Part shown: positions 1 through 10,271 of the stretch, piece by piece | Position numbering within the stretch: position 1 is the first letter of the stretch | Layout of the letters: every line of letters starts with the position of its first letter | The notes under the pieces: model-generated | The model's database searches: none | Seen by the model: only the letters and a program-made list of their open reading frames with translations | Told to the model about the DNA's origin: nothing | Translations under genes and position numbers: made by a program | NCBI GenBank assembly: GCA_963668355.1 | Contig: OY764265.1 | Span: 1,632,001-1,696,000 of the forward strand | Source: Bdellovibrionota bacterium | Lineage (GTDB): Bacteria; Bdellovibrionota_G; JALEGL01; DATDPG01 | Length of the DNA: 64,000 nucleotides | Reading direction: 5' to 3'

Positions 1-1
1 G

Positions 2-1570
2 GGGGTTAAGTTCCTTCAACCTCTCTCAGACGTTTGGGTAAAGCATGTCGGGATACCCGAGCCCTCCTCTCAGGAATCCGCCCAACCTTTTGAGTCCCCT
101 GATGTCTCGCCGGAAGATCATGTCCAGTTCATTCATCTTCAACCGGAAGATGTCAAAGAGTTGGTCCCTCGGTTGCTGGAGATGTCACCCGCCAATGTCG
201 GAAGCTTGTCCGATTTTGAACAGATTGTTCGAAATGAAATCATGATGCTAACGGCAACGGATCGGGAGTTGATTCAGAGGGGAAAGGATGGGGAACTTCC
301 CGAAGATACGCCCGAGTTTTTGGAATGGGAAATTCTCTTATTGTCTCTTCAAATACGTGCGGAGGCCACGTTGTTGCGGAAAGTGAGTCGGGCCACGTCA
401 GGAATCCTTTCGGTGATGGTGGAAAATGTCATCGCGGAATTTCGACACCGCGTGGCGAATCTCGAACAAAGAGTGTCTGAGGTATCCACGAAACTATTAT
501 CTTCTCCCGAAACGATGGAGGCATTTAAAGGCCTCTCCAGAAAACAAGGAGCCTTGGATTCCATTTTGCACGAGTTTCAAATTTTTCATTTCTCTCAGGT
601 TCTTCGGGATACGCAAAAGGGGTCTCATCCGAGACCGCTTGAAGAACTCAGTGCCATTCAGCCGCGTTCCATTGAAAGCTATATTGAAATGTTGGGAGGC
701 GATTCGGATAACCCTGCCCGAAAACGTCGACGTCGGCCCGAGCTATTGAACGATTGCATTAAATTATACGATGCCTGGGAGAAGGAGCTTAAGGAGGCCA
801 AGGTTTCTTCGGAAGTCATGGATGTGATTCGGCACGGATTGGCTCTGGCTGGAAAAATTGCGGTGGAAGCACGAGGCATGCGTATGCTTTTCGAAGGAGC
901 CGATCATTCCTTGTTCGTCGGCCATATGCGAAGACTCGCTCAGCAAGACGATTTGGCGTATGGAAAATTTGCGGCCGACCTTAAGCGCGTCGAAAAAACC
1001 GCTTCGGGGCTGGCTGAAATGAGGCTTCGGCAAACCCGTGAAAAGACTCGGCAAGCCTATGTCTCTTTAACCAATGTGTTGGATTGTTTTCCCCCTGAGT
1101 TTCGTCCACAGGTCGCGGGTCACGTAAGGTATGAAATCAGTCAAGATGCCAGGCGGGCTCCCTCAAAAGAGGAGGTTCGGGTTCCCAAAACCTTTCTTGA
1201 AAAAACGCTTCCCGTATTGGGGCATAAGTTTGTGTTGATTGGAGCCACCGTTTTTGTTGCGATCGGGTTGCTCTGGTTGGCGTTCAATTTGTTCGAAGAT
1301 CGTACGTCTCCCATTGCCCAGTCAGGCTATCAGACGATTCTTCCCTTTTCAGAGGTTTACGAGCAAAGGGGGCGCTTTGTTGGCGTTGTGAATCAAGAGC
1401 TCTGGAGAAATCTTTCTAAAATGGAACGGACCCGCAAGGCTCAATCCTTGAGAGAGTGGGCGGGAAGAAACGGTCTCAAAGGGCTTAAACTGCTGGATGA
1501 AAATGGAGAAAAGCTTGTGACAACGGGAGATGGCATCACTTGGGGTCAACTGATCTTTTGGGAAAATTGA
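2..1570 (+). CDS. Hypothetical membrane-anchored protein, 5'-truncated by the window edge (possibly with an N-terminal PilZ-like domain)
   Basis: The frame of ORF 161..1570 is open back to base 2 (GVKFLQPLSDVWVKH...). It has a helical middle region and one C-terminal TM segment (FVLIGATVFVAIGLLWLAF). Confidence 0.7.
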   Translation, partial: GVKFLQPLSDVWVKHVGIPEPSSQESAQPFESPDVSPEDHVQFIHLQPEDVKELVPRLLEMSPANVGSLSDFEQIVRNEIMMLTATDRELIQRGKDGELPEDTPEFLEWEILLLSLQIRAEATLLRKVSRATSGILSVMVENVIAEFRHRVANLEQRVSEVSTKLLSSPETMEAFKGLSRKQGALDSILHEFQIFHFSQVLRDTQKGSHPRPLEELSAIQPRSIESYIEMLGGDSDNPARKRRRRPELLNDCIKLYDAWEKELKEAKVSSEVMDVIRHGLALAGKIAVEARGMRMLFEGADHSLFVGHMRRLAQQDDLAYGKFAADLKRVEKTASGLAEMRLRQTREKTRQAYVSLTNVLDCFPPEFRPQVAGHVRYEISQDARRAPSKEEVRVPKTFLEKTLPVLGHKFVLIGATVFVAIGLLWLAFNLFEDRTSPIAQSGYQTILPFSEVYEQRGRFVGVVNQELWRNLSKMERTRKAQSLREWAGRNGLKGLKLLDENGEKLVTTGDGITWGQLIFWEN

Positions 1571-1586
1571 GGAAGGTTTTTTTGCC

Positions 1587-3281
1587 ATGACAAAACTTAC
1601 GGTTTTTGCGCTTTTGTTTTCTTTTTTTATGAGCGGTTCGGTAAACGCAGAAAAGAGCATTGATTTTCGTTTAAAACAACTGACTCCTTTTCAGGTGGCG
1701 GATTCGCGCGTTGAAAAACTTTCTTCGAAGGATCAAGCGGTCTTGCGACATCTTCTTCATGCATCCATGATTATGGACGCCTTGTATCTTCAGCAAATGC
1801 ATCCTCGTTCCGCAGCCTGGAAACATCGCTTGGAGCGCCTCGCGGGATTGAATTCGCAGTGGAAAAAGTATCGAAAATATTTTGCTTTGAGCTACGGTCC
1901 CTGGGACATCTTTTTTGAGGACTGGGTGTTGCCGAAAAATGTTTTTTTGGAAGAAGAACCTCTGTTGGGGCGAAATTTTTATCCAGAGGGTTGGACGGCA
2001 TCGAAGATCGAAACTTGGTTAACTCGGCACCCGAAACGCAACGAAGAGATTCGTAGTCCCTATACGATGGTCAGGGAAGATGAAAAGGGGGATCTTTTTG
2101 CCATTCCATATTCACGTTTTTTCTCCCGGGATTTAGAAGCGGCGGCTAAACACCTCGAGGCGGCGGCGCGTCTTGCAGGAGACCCAAACCTCGAAGCTCT
2201 CTTGCGCTCTCGGGCGCATGCCTTTCGAACCAATCAGTACAATGAGACGGAGAAAGATTGGATCGCTGCATGGAATTCTGACATTCAACTGACCATTGGG
2301 CCCTATGAAGAATATGATGACCGTTTGCTGGGAGTGAAGAGAGGTTTCGGATCCCGAGTGGCTTTAAAGGACCCTGTTTCGACCCAAGACCTTCAAGAGT
2401 ATCTTTCTTACATCGAAGATTTTCAAAAGCGTTTACCCATGCATCCTCATCATCTGAAAGATAAAAGGAAGGCGAGTTTCATTACGGCGGTCAATGAGAT
2501 TTTTATGACAGGTGAATCCAAAGCGGGGGTTCAGACATTGGCCCATAAGCTTCCAAATGATCGGTCCGTGACGTTAAAACATGGAAGTCGCCGTGTTCTT
2601 TTTATGAATATCTTGGAAGGAAAGTGCAAAAATATTCTTAAGCCCATTGGAGATGTGGTTTTGAAGCCTTCTCTGAGAAGGTATGTGTCGTGCGATTCGT
2701 TTAAAAAATTCACCCTCCATCATGAGATCGCGCATGCTTTGGGCCCGGCATTTTATTATCGCGATATCGAAAAGCGAACGGGTCGCAAACGGATCCAAGA
2801 TCTTCTGGGCGTATGGGGATCCCCTGTTGAAGAGGCTAAGGCGGATATCGTCGGATTGTATGATCGACAGTTCTTGTTTGAGAAGAAGTTGGAGCCTTCT
2901 TCCAAAGAAAAAGAAATGTATGCGACCTATTTAGCCGGGATTTTTAGAACGGTACGTTTCGGGGCTGGAAGTGCTCACAAGAAAGGCATCATGTTGCAAT
3001 TCAATATGCTGCGTGAAAAGGGAGCGTTGTTTTTTGACGAAAAAGGGCTTGTGGTCTTTGACGTAGAAAAAATGAAATCCGCCGTTCCCGAAGTCGTAAA
3101 GTTTGTTCTCAATTTGCAAGCCGAAGGCTCCTCCCAAAAAGCCCAGGCTGCCTTGGAAAAATATGGATCGGTTCCCCCAAAGATGAGGAGGCTTTTGGAT
3201 CAGGTCGCCAAAAAGAAGATTCCAAGAGATTTATATCCTCATTTTCCTTCGGCGGAGGCGTTATTGCGCGGCGAGTCGTAG
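1587..3281 (+). CDS. Secreted zinc dipeptidyl-peptidase III, peptidase family M49 (HEXXH type)
   Basis: Signal peptide; IGPYEEYDDRLLGVK motif; HHEIAHALGP zinc motif followed by EEAKADIVGL; RTVRFG; SD GAGGAAGG upstream. Confidence 0.85.
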   Translation: MTKLTVFALLFSFFMSGSVNAEKSIDFRLKQLTPFQVADSRVEKLSSKDQAVLRHLLHASMIMDALYLQQMHPRSAAWKHRLERLAGLNSQWKKYRKYFALSYGPWDIFFEDWVLPKNVFLEEEPLLGRNFYPEGWTASKIETWLTRHPKRNEEIRSPYTMVREDEKGDLFAIPYSRFFSRDLEAAAKHLEAAARLAGDPNLEALLRSRAHAFRTNQYNETEKDWIAAWNSDIQLTIGPYEEYDDRLLGVKRGFGSRVALKDPVSTQDLQEYLSYIEDFQKRLPMHPHHLKDKRKASFITAVNEIFMTGESKAGVQTLAHKLPNDRSVTLKHGSRRVLFMNILEGKCKNILKPIGDVVLKPSLRRYVSCDSFKKFTLHHEIAHALGPAFYYRDIEKRTGRKRIQDLLGVWGSPVEEAKADIVGLYDRQFLFEKKLEPSSKEKEMYATYLAGIFRTVRFGAGSAHKKGIMLQFNMLREKGALFFDEKGLVVFDVEKMKSAVPEVVKFVLNLQAEGSSQKAQAALEKYGSVPPKMRRLLDQVAKKKIPRDLYPHFPSAEALLRGES

Positions 3282-3394
3282 GCTAGGCCTAACCACTTGA
3301 ATATAAACGAAAAAAAATAAAAATAATTTAAGAATTGAGGTGGATTCTTGGGCCTCATTCATGGTACGACCTTCCCGAAGTTTAGAGGTGTTTC

Positions 3395-4699
3395 ATGGGT
3401 CGTCCCCAGTGTCGTACAATTCGATGGTCCCCGATATGGAATCTGCTTTTCATCGCCCTCTTTTTACTTCCGACTTCGGCTTCGTCTTTTGAAGATCCCA
3501 TTGAAAAGGGACATCGAATTTATCAGAAGATGCTTCAAACGATTTTGTCTTCGCAGACCCTTTCCTATGAGGTCACTTGGACATCTGAAACACATTTGTT
3601 GGATATGGACCCCGAGCGGATTCGGTATCACGTTTGGCTGAAGAAACCTCATTTCGTTCGCATTGAGGTTAAGGATCTGTCTTTCTTCAAGGAGGCGGTG
3701 TTGATCGGAGACGGTAAAACGTTCTGGAGCTATTGGCCGACAGGCTATCCGAGGCCTTATGACCTGCCCGATCAAATCGATGAACGAGATTTGGATAAAG
3801 TCTATTTTTCGTTGCCGATGAAAAGAAGTGAAGAACAGGGACATTGGGGGTCGGTTTCCCATCGATTCAACACCCTGGGCATTGTTTCTGGCCTTCCCAT
3901 TTTAAATCCGAGTCACTTCTTTGGTTCAGACTTGGGTTTTGAAAGACAACTTAAGGCTGTGATCTGGAAAAAAGAGGAGATTGTTCAAGAAATCTTATGT
4001 GACGTGATCGAGGTTTCCTATCCGAATCGAAATCGGACCCTCTTGTATTGGGTGTCCACGAAAAACCATTTTCCTTTAAAAGCTCAGGAACATTTTTCAG
4101 ATTTTGCAGAAATTCATGAGGATTGGTCCAACGTAAAAAGCAATCGGCCGATTTCGAATGATTTGTTTTCTTGGACTCCTCCAGAAGGTTGGAAAGATCT
4201 CAATGAAGCGAAAAAAGAAAAGTCTTCTGCCAAAAGTGGACTCTTAGACGTGGGGCGAAAAGCTCCAGAGTTTCAGATTGAGCTTTTGGATGGACAAGCA
4301 TTTTCCCTTTCGGATCACTTGGGTTCGGTGGTGTGGCTTTCTTTTTGGGGGGTTCATTGTCCTCCCTGCAAAAAAGAAATGGAAATGTTGCAGCGCTTTT
4401 TCGAAGAGAATGAGGGTCGAGGCTTTTTGCCCCTCGGATTCAATGTGTGGGATGACTTGTCGACCGTTCAGGAATTTGTTTCAAAGCACAATATTGAATT
4501 TCCTGTGGTCGCTGAACGCTCCGCTTATGCCGACCATGTCTTTTTGAATTTGTATCAAGAAGGGAAGGGGGAGTCCTCGATTCCCCTGAACTACATCATT
4601 GATAAAGTGGGGATCATTCGCAAAGTGTGGAGGGGGGGTATTGACCCCGACCAGGAGCAAGAGCTTCTGAATTTCGTCGCGTCTTTGTTGGACGCCTAG
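3395..4699 (+). CDS. Secreted LolA-fold/DUF2092-like domain fused to a TlpA/AhpC-TSA thioredoxin-like domain
   Basis: Signal peptide. LKKPHFVRIE...LIGDGKTFWSY and LFSWTPPEG are typical of LolA-like folds. The C-terminal part has GRKAPEF, WGVHCPPCKKEM (CxxC) and SIPLNYIIDK. Confidence 0.7.
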   Translation: MGRPQCRTIRWSPIWNLLFIALFLLPTSASSFEDPIEKGHRIYQKMLQTILSSQTLSYEVTWTSETHLLDMDPERIRYHVWLKKPHFVRIEVKDLSFFKEAVLIGDGKTFWSYWPTGYPRPYDLPDQIDERDLDKVYFSLPMKRSEEQGHWGSVSHRFNTLGIVSGLPILNPSHFFGSDLGFERQLKAVIWKKEEIVQEILCDVIEVSYPNRNRTLLYWVSTKNHFPLKAQEHFSDFAEIHEDWSNVKSNRPISNDLFSWTPPEGWKDLNEAKKEKSSAKSGLLDVGRKAPEFQIELLDGQAFSLSDHLGSVVWLSFWGVHCPPCKKEMEMLQRFFEENEGRGFLPLGFNVWDDLSTVQEFVSKHNIEFPVVAERSAYADHVFLNLYQEGKGESSIPLNYIIDKVGIIRKVWRGGIDPDQEQELLNFVASLLDA

Positions 4700-4704
4700 T
4701 TGGG

Positions 4705-6117
4705 TTAAATCCAACCCAAGACCGCGTGTAAAACATACAAAAATCCCAAAACGATTCCGATTCCGACGACGGAAATGATCGTTCCGTAACGGGCCATGTC
4801 TTTGGTTTCGATGATTTCTGTGGCAAATGCAATGGCATTGGGCGGAGTGCTGATGGGTAAGCTCATGGCTAAAGAACATGCCAGGGCAACCGTTACTCCT
4901 CCCAAAAGTGGATCAATGGCTGACATTGTGATCACCAGAGGGATGATGAGGTTGGCGGCTGCGGTATGACTCATAAAATTGGATAGGATGAGTCCCGTTA
5001 CGGCCATGAGAGCAAGCAAAGCCATAGCGGGCACTGGAATAAAGGAAATGTGATGAACAAAAAAGTCAGAAAGACCCGATTGTTTCATCGCAACACCCAT
5101 CGTGAGTCCACCCGCAATGAGGATCAATACATGCCATTCAATTTTCTTTAAGTCTTCCCGGTCAAGAATGCCGAACATGGTAAAGACCATGATGGGAAGC
5201 AAAGCCACTACAGCTGAGGGAATGTGAAAAAGAGGTTGGGTTAGCCAGAGGAATACCGTAATGGCCGTGGTGATGACTACGATAACAAGGTCCCATGTCA
5301 CATTCAGCGTTTCGGGGAAAAGGATCTCGAAATGATCTTCTCGGGGTTTGAAAATGCGGAAGAGCATTTGCCATAGGAAGAATAACATGACGAGAACAAT
5401 GGGAACCCCCACCAGCATCCACTTCACAAAGGAAATGGGATGCCCCAGTTCTCCGAGGAGTGAGGCGGCCACGGCGTTTGGAGGGGTTCCGATGATGGTT
5501 CCCATACCTCCAATGTTTGCCGCAAAAGGAACGGCGAGAACCAAAGCTTTTTTGAACGGATCTCGTCCTTCGAAATGTCGAAACAGGGGGCCAAGAATGG
5601 CGATCATCATGGCGGTTGTCGCCGTGTTGGACATGAGCATGGAAAACATCGCTGTGCTCAATATGATTCCAAGCAAAACCATTTTTGGATGTGTCCCGAA
5701 AGGACGGATGAAGGCCTTGGCCAATCGGATATCCAGACCATGCTTGGAGGCTGCCACCGCGATGATGAATCCCCCAAAGAACAGGACAAGAACCGGGCTG
5801 GATAGCGGATTCAGAAAAACCCTATAGTTGGTGGCTCCGGCCGCAATCTCCAGGCTTTCAGAATGTCCGAGAAGAAACACGGATAAGACAATGACCATGA
5901 TTCCTGTGGCAAACGGGGGAATGGCTTCTGTCACCCAGAATCCCGCGGCTCCTACAAAAATCATGAGACAAATTCGAGCATCATGGCTCAGGCCTTCCAA
6001 AGGAAGTTGGCCTGCCGTGATGGCCAAAAAGATGACAATCAAAGCTTTGAGTGTGGAACGCCAAGGAATCGCTAAAATAAGGTTTCCGTCCTTGTCGAAA
6101 TTGATTTCGTGTTTCAT
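4705..6117 (-). CDS. SLC13/DASS family anion:sodium symporter
   Basis: WVTEAIPP, MSNTATTAMM, ANIGGMGTIIGTPPN and LPISTPPNAIAF motifs; many TM helices. Start moved from 6174 to ATG 6117, which has AAGGA upstream. Confidence 0.9.
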   Translation of the reverse strand: MKHEINFDKDGNLILAIPWRSTLKALIVIFLAITAGQLPLEGLSHDARICLMIFVGAAGFWVTEAIPPFATGIMVIVLSVFLLGHSESLEIAAGATNYRVFLNPLSSPVLVLFFGGFIIAVAASKHGLDIRLAKAFIRPFGTHPKMVLLGIILSTAMFSMLMSNTATTAMMIAILGPLFRHFEGRDPFKKALVLAVPFAANIGGMGTIIGTPPNAVAASLLGELGHPISFVKWMLVGVPIVLVMLFFLWQMLFRIFKPREDHFEILFPETLNVTWDLVIVVITTAITVFLWLTQPLFHIPSAVVALLPIMVFTMFGILDREDLKKIEWHVLILIAGGLTMGVAMKQSGLSDFFVHHISFIPVPAMALLALMAVTGLILSNFMSHTAAANLIIPLVITMSAIDPLLGGVTVALACSLAMSLPISTPPNAIAFATEIIETKDMARYGTIISVVGIGIVLGFLYVLHAVLGWI

Positions 6118-6305
6118 TGAATGGTTTTCCTTCGGTCTTAAATGCGGCCGGGGGGTATCGCACATTTCTCCCAATTGCGAAAGATGGTTTTTAAAAAAAG
6201 GGAAATTATCCTTATAAAAAAAGAGCTTACGGTTCTCGTCATTGACTTTTTCCGGCCAGCAGGCATGGTATTTTCGAAAACGTTAGAAAGGAAAGCGTCT
6301 TTTCG

Positions 6306-7274
6306 ATGAAATACATTCTTGTCACGGGTGCCGTAGGGCAAATTGGTTCCGAACTGACTTCCGCTCTTCGGAAAAGATATGGAAATGAACGCGTTATTGC
6401 TACGGACATTCGTATGCCGGATGATCCGGAGCTTCGCGACTCAGGACCGTTTGAATTTCTGGATGTCACCGATCCCAATCACATTACGAGAGTGATGCAA
6501 CGCTATTCCGTCGAAACGGTCTATCATTTGGCCGCACTTCTTTCTGCCGTGGGAGAGTCCCGCCCCAATCTGGCTTGGAAAATTAATATGAATGGGCTCT
6601 ACAATATGTTGGAAGTGGCTCGCCAATATCAATGCTCCATGTTTTTCCCGAGTTCCATTGGAGCCTTTGGTCCGAATACTCCCAAAAACAAAACACCTCA
6701 AGATACGCTTCAGCGACCTGATACCATTTATGGTGTGACGAAAGTCGCAGGGGAGTTGCTGTGTGATTACTATCATAAGCGTTTTGGCCTAGATACGCGT
6801 GGGGTTCGTTTTCCCGGTTTGATTTCCTATTTGACGGAACCCGGAGGGGGCACAACGGACTATGCCGTGGAGATTTTTGAGGCGGCCATCGAGCACGGGA
6901 AATATACCTGCTACCTGCGAGAAGATACGTCTTTGGACATGATGTATATGCCAGATGCCGTTCGAGCCATGATTGAGTTGATGGAGGCCGATTCGAGTCG
7001 CTTGATTCATCGAAACGCCTTCAATATTGCGGCCATGAATTTTACTCCGGCTGAAATTGCCGAAGAATTGAAGAAGCATATTCCGGGATTTTCGATTGAT
7101 TACAATGTGGACGCCATTCGACAAGAGATTGCAGATTCGTGGCCCGACTGCATGGATGATTCCGCGGCTCGTGAGGAATGGGGCTGGAAAGCTGAATTTG
7201 ATCTGCCCTCCATGGCCACAGATATCTTGAAGAAAATTCGGGATCGCGTTCGAACCACGAAGCGAAACCTCTAA
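6306..7274 (+). CDS. L-threonine 3-dehydrogenase (extended SDR, NAD-dependent epimerase family)
   Basis: ILVTGAVGQIGSEL Rossmann motif; HLAALLSA, PSSIGAFG, YGVTK (YxxxK), PGGGTTDYAV and IADSWP, characteristic of SDR-type TDH. Confidence 0.9.
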   Translation: MKYILVTGAVGQIGSELTSALRKRYGNERVIATDIRMPDDPELRDSGPFEFLDVTDPNHITRVMQRYSVETVYHLAALLSAVGESRPNLAWKINMNGLYNMLEVARQYQCSMFFPSSIGAFGPNTPKNKTPQDTLQRPDTIYGVTKVAGELLCDYYHKRFGLDTRGVRFPGLISYLTEPGGGTTDYAVEIFEAAIEHGKYTCYLREDTSLDMMYMPDAVRAMIELMEADSSRLIHRNAFNIAAMNFTPAEIAEELKKHIPGFSIDYNVDAIRQEIADSWPDCMDDSAAREEWGWKAEFDLPSMATDILKKIRDRVRTTKRNL

Positions 7275-7446
7275 AAATCGCTTTCGGTTCAACTCTGAAA
7301 GCTTTGCGGAGTAAGGTTTTCCTTGTTCCGGCGAAAACTAGTTGTCATTTCAGGAAGTTCTGGTCGAATACACGTATGAGGCTAAAAAAAGCCCATGGAA
7401 AAAGGCCCACTCTTTTTTCAACGCATTGAAATCATTTAGAAAGGTT

Positions 7447-7462
7447 TGGCACGTCCATTGCT
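7447..7462 (+). promoter_or_regulatory. Sigma54 (-24/-12) promoter of the pilX-like/pilW-like operon
   Basis: TGGCACGTCCATTGCT matches the TGGCACG-N4-TTGCW consensus with exact GG-N10-GC spacing. An IHF-like TTTCAACGCATTG lies at 7416..7428. Confidence 0.8.
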
Positions 7463-7475
7463 CCACTTGACCCCC

Positions 7476-10271
7476 ATGATTGGATCCCGCTTCCCTCAAA
7501 ATCGTTCTCGTTTGTCTTCAACCCGAGGTATCGCGTTGGTGAGCATTTTGCTCTTGATCGCGATGATCTCCGCATTGGTGGTTCTCTCGCTTAGAAGCAC
7601 CAATTTGAAACGATGGGTTGCGGGGAGGGATCGAAGTCAAGCCAATCTCACACTTCTGGCCCGTTCCGCGACGGAGATCATTCACTTGCGTCTCAAACAG
7701 CGGATGAATCCAGGGATGTATCGGGACGACGGAACGTCCAAATCCATCGAAGAACTCCGAAGAATGGTCGAGTTTTCGGATGAAGGGACGGACGCTTTGG
7801 ATTACTGTCCTCCAGATACACCGGGAAATTGTTTTCATGGGTATCGCTTCCAACAAGGCAAAGATACCAAAACTCAACTGGGGCGATATGTCCGAGATTT
7901 TTTGAAAGAAGCGTCACATACCCGTGGAGGGGTTCCCGATCCCGTTGGTGTTTTTGAGCCTTGTTTAGAATCCAATGGTTGTGCGGCCAATGAAAACGCA
8001 CAATGGAAAGTGCGATATATTGGGGATCACGACTTGGATCCTCTCTATCCTGCTACGGGTCATACGGTTCCCATTCCCTTGCATGCCGGTTTCGACTTTC
8101 GAAACGATGGCCAAGACGACGAAGCCTATCAATTACTGGTTGAGATCGAAGCGTTTGATGGAAAGGGTGGTACCCGATCGGTCATTCAGGCTGACTATCT
8201 CTTGGTGGCTCCATTTCCTTCTGTGGATGCCATGTTTTCTTCCTCGGCTAACGTTCTTTCCCCAATGAATTTTCACTCCGGATATGTCAAAGGAGTTTTG
8301 GGGCATTTTCCCGATTCGCGAAACCTGATGGATTTTTATAGTGGAAAACCGTGGGTGGACTTGGAGTATTTTGATTTTGGCGAAAAGGGGGTCCTTCATC
8401 CGGCCTGCAAGGAGTATGGTCATAATCGGATGACTGGAGGGGGAGCTAAATATCCTTGCAATAGCCTTTTTTCCAGTGGAGCCCGAGTGGCAGATCATGA
8501 GCGTCCCATCTTTTACGCTCACATGTTGTCGAAGGGGTTGATCACCAACTTGGGAATTGGATACGGAACCTTCTACTCTGGCGGTGGAGGTGGAATGAGT
8601 TTTGATGATGGTGATGCGAGTACAGGAGATCCCAGTAGCATCGAAGAAACACGTGAAGTGGACGCGGATGCATTGTTGTTTCGAGATCCAAGTACTTTCG
8701 CGATGCCGGAAGACATGATTCTTGGACGAAATGAGGATGGCACCATCAGCGATTTCAGTTTTCTCACAGATTTGGCCACCATGCGAAACAATGATGTGGT
8801 TCCAAAGGTTACCTCCAGTGGAGGCAATTGCATTTACTTGAGTGATGGAAGCACCGATGGGGGGCTGTCGACACCCGTAAATGCTTTGCCCGATGGAAAG
8901 ACCGACCAGAGTGTGGTTTTGGCGCCAACGTCTACATGTACCATTCATATCGAAGGGGATTATGTTTTTGATGGCGATCTGGTTTGGGGAGGCACCGGGG
9001 AGGGGGTGGTGACCGGAGCCAGTGGTTTGCTGGATTCCAATTTGTTGGTGACGGGGAATGTGTACATTTTAAACAACATCAACGTGAAAGTTGGCCCCAA
9101 TGGATCGGAAGCTCAGAATCAACAGTGGGCCAATTACCGCAACGATAATTTTAGTGCGGCCAATTCGAGTTTGACTCAGGAATTTGATTCGCTTTCGTTG
9201 GTGGCAGGGGGACATGTTGTGATCGGCAATTTGGCCAATAGCAATACCTACGCACACATCATGACCAACGCGAACAGCGAGCTACCGTATTACAATACTG
9301 ATTTTGATGGAGATGGTTTGGGGGATTACTTGGTGCCAGACGGTTATCGACCAGGCTCCACGGGTCGACCGACGAATGATCAATTCCAAGTTCGGCGTCA
9401 CACCTGCGCAGAACAATTGGCTGCCGGTCTGGTTTCGCATTGTTCGACCAACGCTCCGGGGTTATTGCCTGAGGGGTCGACTTTGGTCGAAAATCATTTG
9501 TATAAATTTGGATTCCTTCAAGACATGTTTCCGTTCCCGGATGGTGGAGCAGGTGAGGACGCTGGAGGCTTTGGTTATGTTCGAAATCCAAATGATCCAG
9601 CCAATCATGTTGATCCGGCCAATCCATCTGCGGACACCCCGGCTACGGCGAATCGCCCATTAACGGTGCAAGACCCACTTCATCAAAGCTCTCTTCCCGT
9701 TGGAGCCAACAGCGATCTGTTTCAGGGAGGGTGGATCAGTACTCAAAAGTTTAGAGAATTTGCCAATGCTTCGATTGTTTCAGGTGACCCTCTTCGGCAA
9801 CATGATTCTTTTCATCCAGACTATGTCAATCAGGCCCATTTTATTGCTGCAAAGCTCTTTGCAGGGGGTGCAGTTGTTGGATTGGCGAGTTTTGATGACA
9901 AATACAATTTGCCGGAAGATGGCAGTGACAATCCTGACCGCATGACGGGGGATCCGACGGTGGTCAAATTTACTTCCTATCGAGATGGAGGTTGGGGACG
10001 ATTGTTGACCAAACGTGTAAATTCGACCTCCCGTTATCCAAATCGTTGCACGAGCATTCCGGGTGACGTTCCCTATTTGAATTCAGATCCTTTTGGAGAT
10101 GGGAAGGGCATTCCACGAGGAATCGATGTTTTTGGTGGGATCTTTGCCAAGTATGTGAATGTGTTGTCGACCAATGGTTTGTGTATGTATAGTGATGATC
10201 GTCCAGCCAACCCTGGACATGAAGACATTCTTGTTTTGCAAGGCTCTGCGTATCAGGAGGAAGCTCGTTGA
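7476..10271 (+). CDS. Very large PilX-like minor pilin / pilus-associated adhesin
   Basis: RG-IALVSILLLIAMISALVVLSL is a PilX-type prepilin N-terminus lacking Glu5. A long Gly/Asp/Asn-rich domain follows, with a DFDGDGLGD Ca-binding-like motif and Cys pairs. The track's TTG start at 7446 lies inside the sigma54 promoter, so in-frame ATG 7476 is preferred. Confidence 0.7.
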   Translation: MIGSRFPQNRSRLSSTRGIALVSILLLIAMISALVVLSLRSTNLKRWVAGRDRSQANLTLLARSATEIIHLRLKQRMNPGMYRDDGTSKSIEELRRMVEFSDEGTDALDYCPPDTPGNCFHGYRFQQGKDTKTQLGRYVRDFLKEASHTRGGVPDPVGVFEPCLESNGCAANENAQWKVRYIGDHDLDPLYPATGHTVPIPLHAGFDFRNDGQDDEAYQLLVEIEAFDGKGGTRSVIQADYLLVAPFPSVDAMFSSSANVLSPMNFHSGYVKGVLGHFPDSRNLMDFYSGKPWVDLEYFDFGEKGVLHPACKEYGHNRMTGGGAKYPCNSLFSSGARVADHERPIFYAHMLSKGLITNLGIGYGTFYSGGGGGMSFDDGDASTGDPSSIEETREVDADALLFRDPSTFAMPEDMILGRNEDGTISDFSFLTDLATMRNNDVVPKVTSSGGNCIYLSDGSTDGGLSTPVNALPDGKTDQSVVLAPTSTCTIHIEGDYVFDGDLVWGGTGEGVVTGASGLLDSNLLVTGNVYILNNINVKVGPNGSEAQNQQWANYRNDNFSAANSSLTQEFDSLSLVAGGHVVIGNLANSNTYAHIMTNANSELPYYNTDFDGDGLGDYLVPDGYRPGSTGRPTNDQFQVRRHTCAEQLAAGLVSHCSTNAPGLLPEGSTLVENHLYKFGFLQDMFPFPDGGAGEDAGGFGYVRNPNDPANHVDPANPSADTPATANRPLTVQDPLHQSSLPVGANSDLFQGGWISTQKFREFANASIVSGDPLRQHDSFHPDYVNQAHFIAAKLFAGGAVVGLASFDDKYNLPEDGSDNPDRMTGDPTVVKFTSYRDGGWGRLLTKRVNSTSRYPNRCTSIPGDVPYLNSDPFGDGKGIPRGIDVFGGIFAKYVNVLSTNGLCMYSDDRPANPGHEDILVLQGSAYQEEAR

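Noticed and set aside
1587..3281. HEXXH instead of HEXXGH in DPP III as a novelty
   Set aside because: Pentapeptide-motif M49 members are already known in bacteria and plants.
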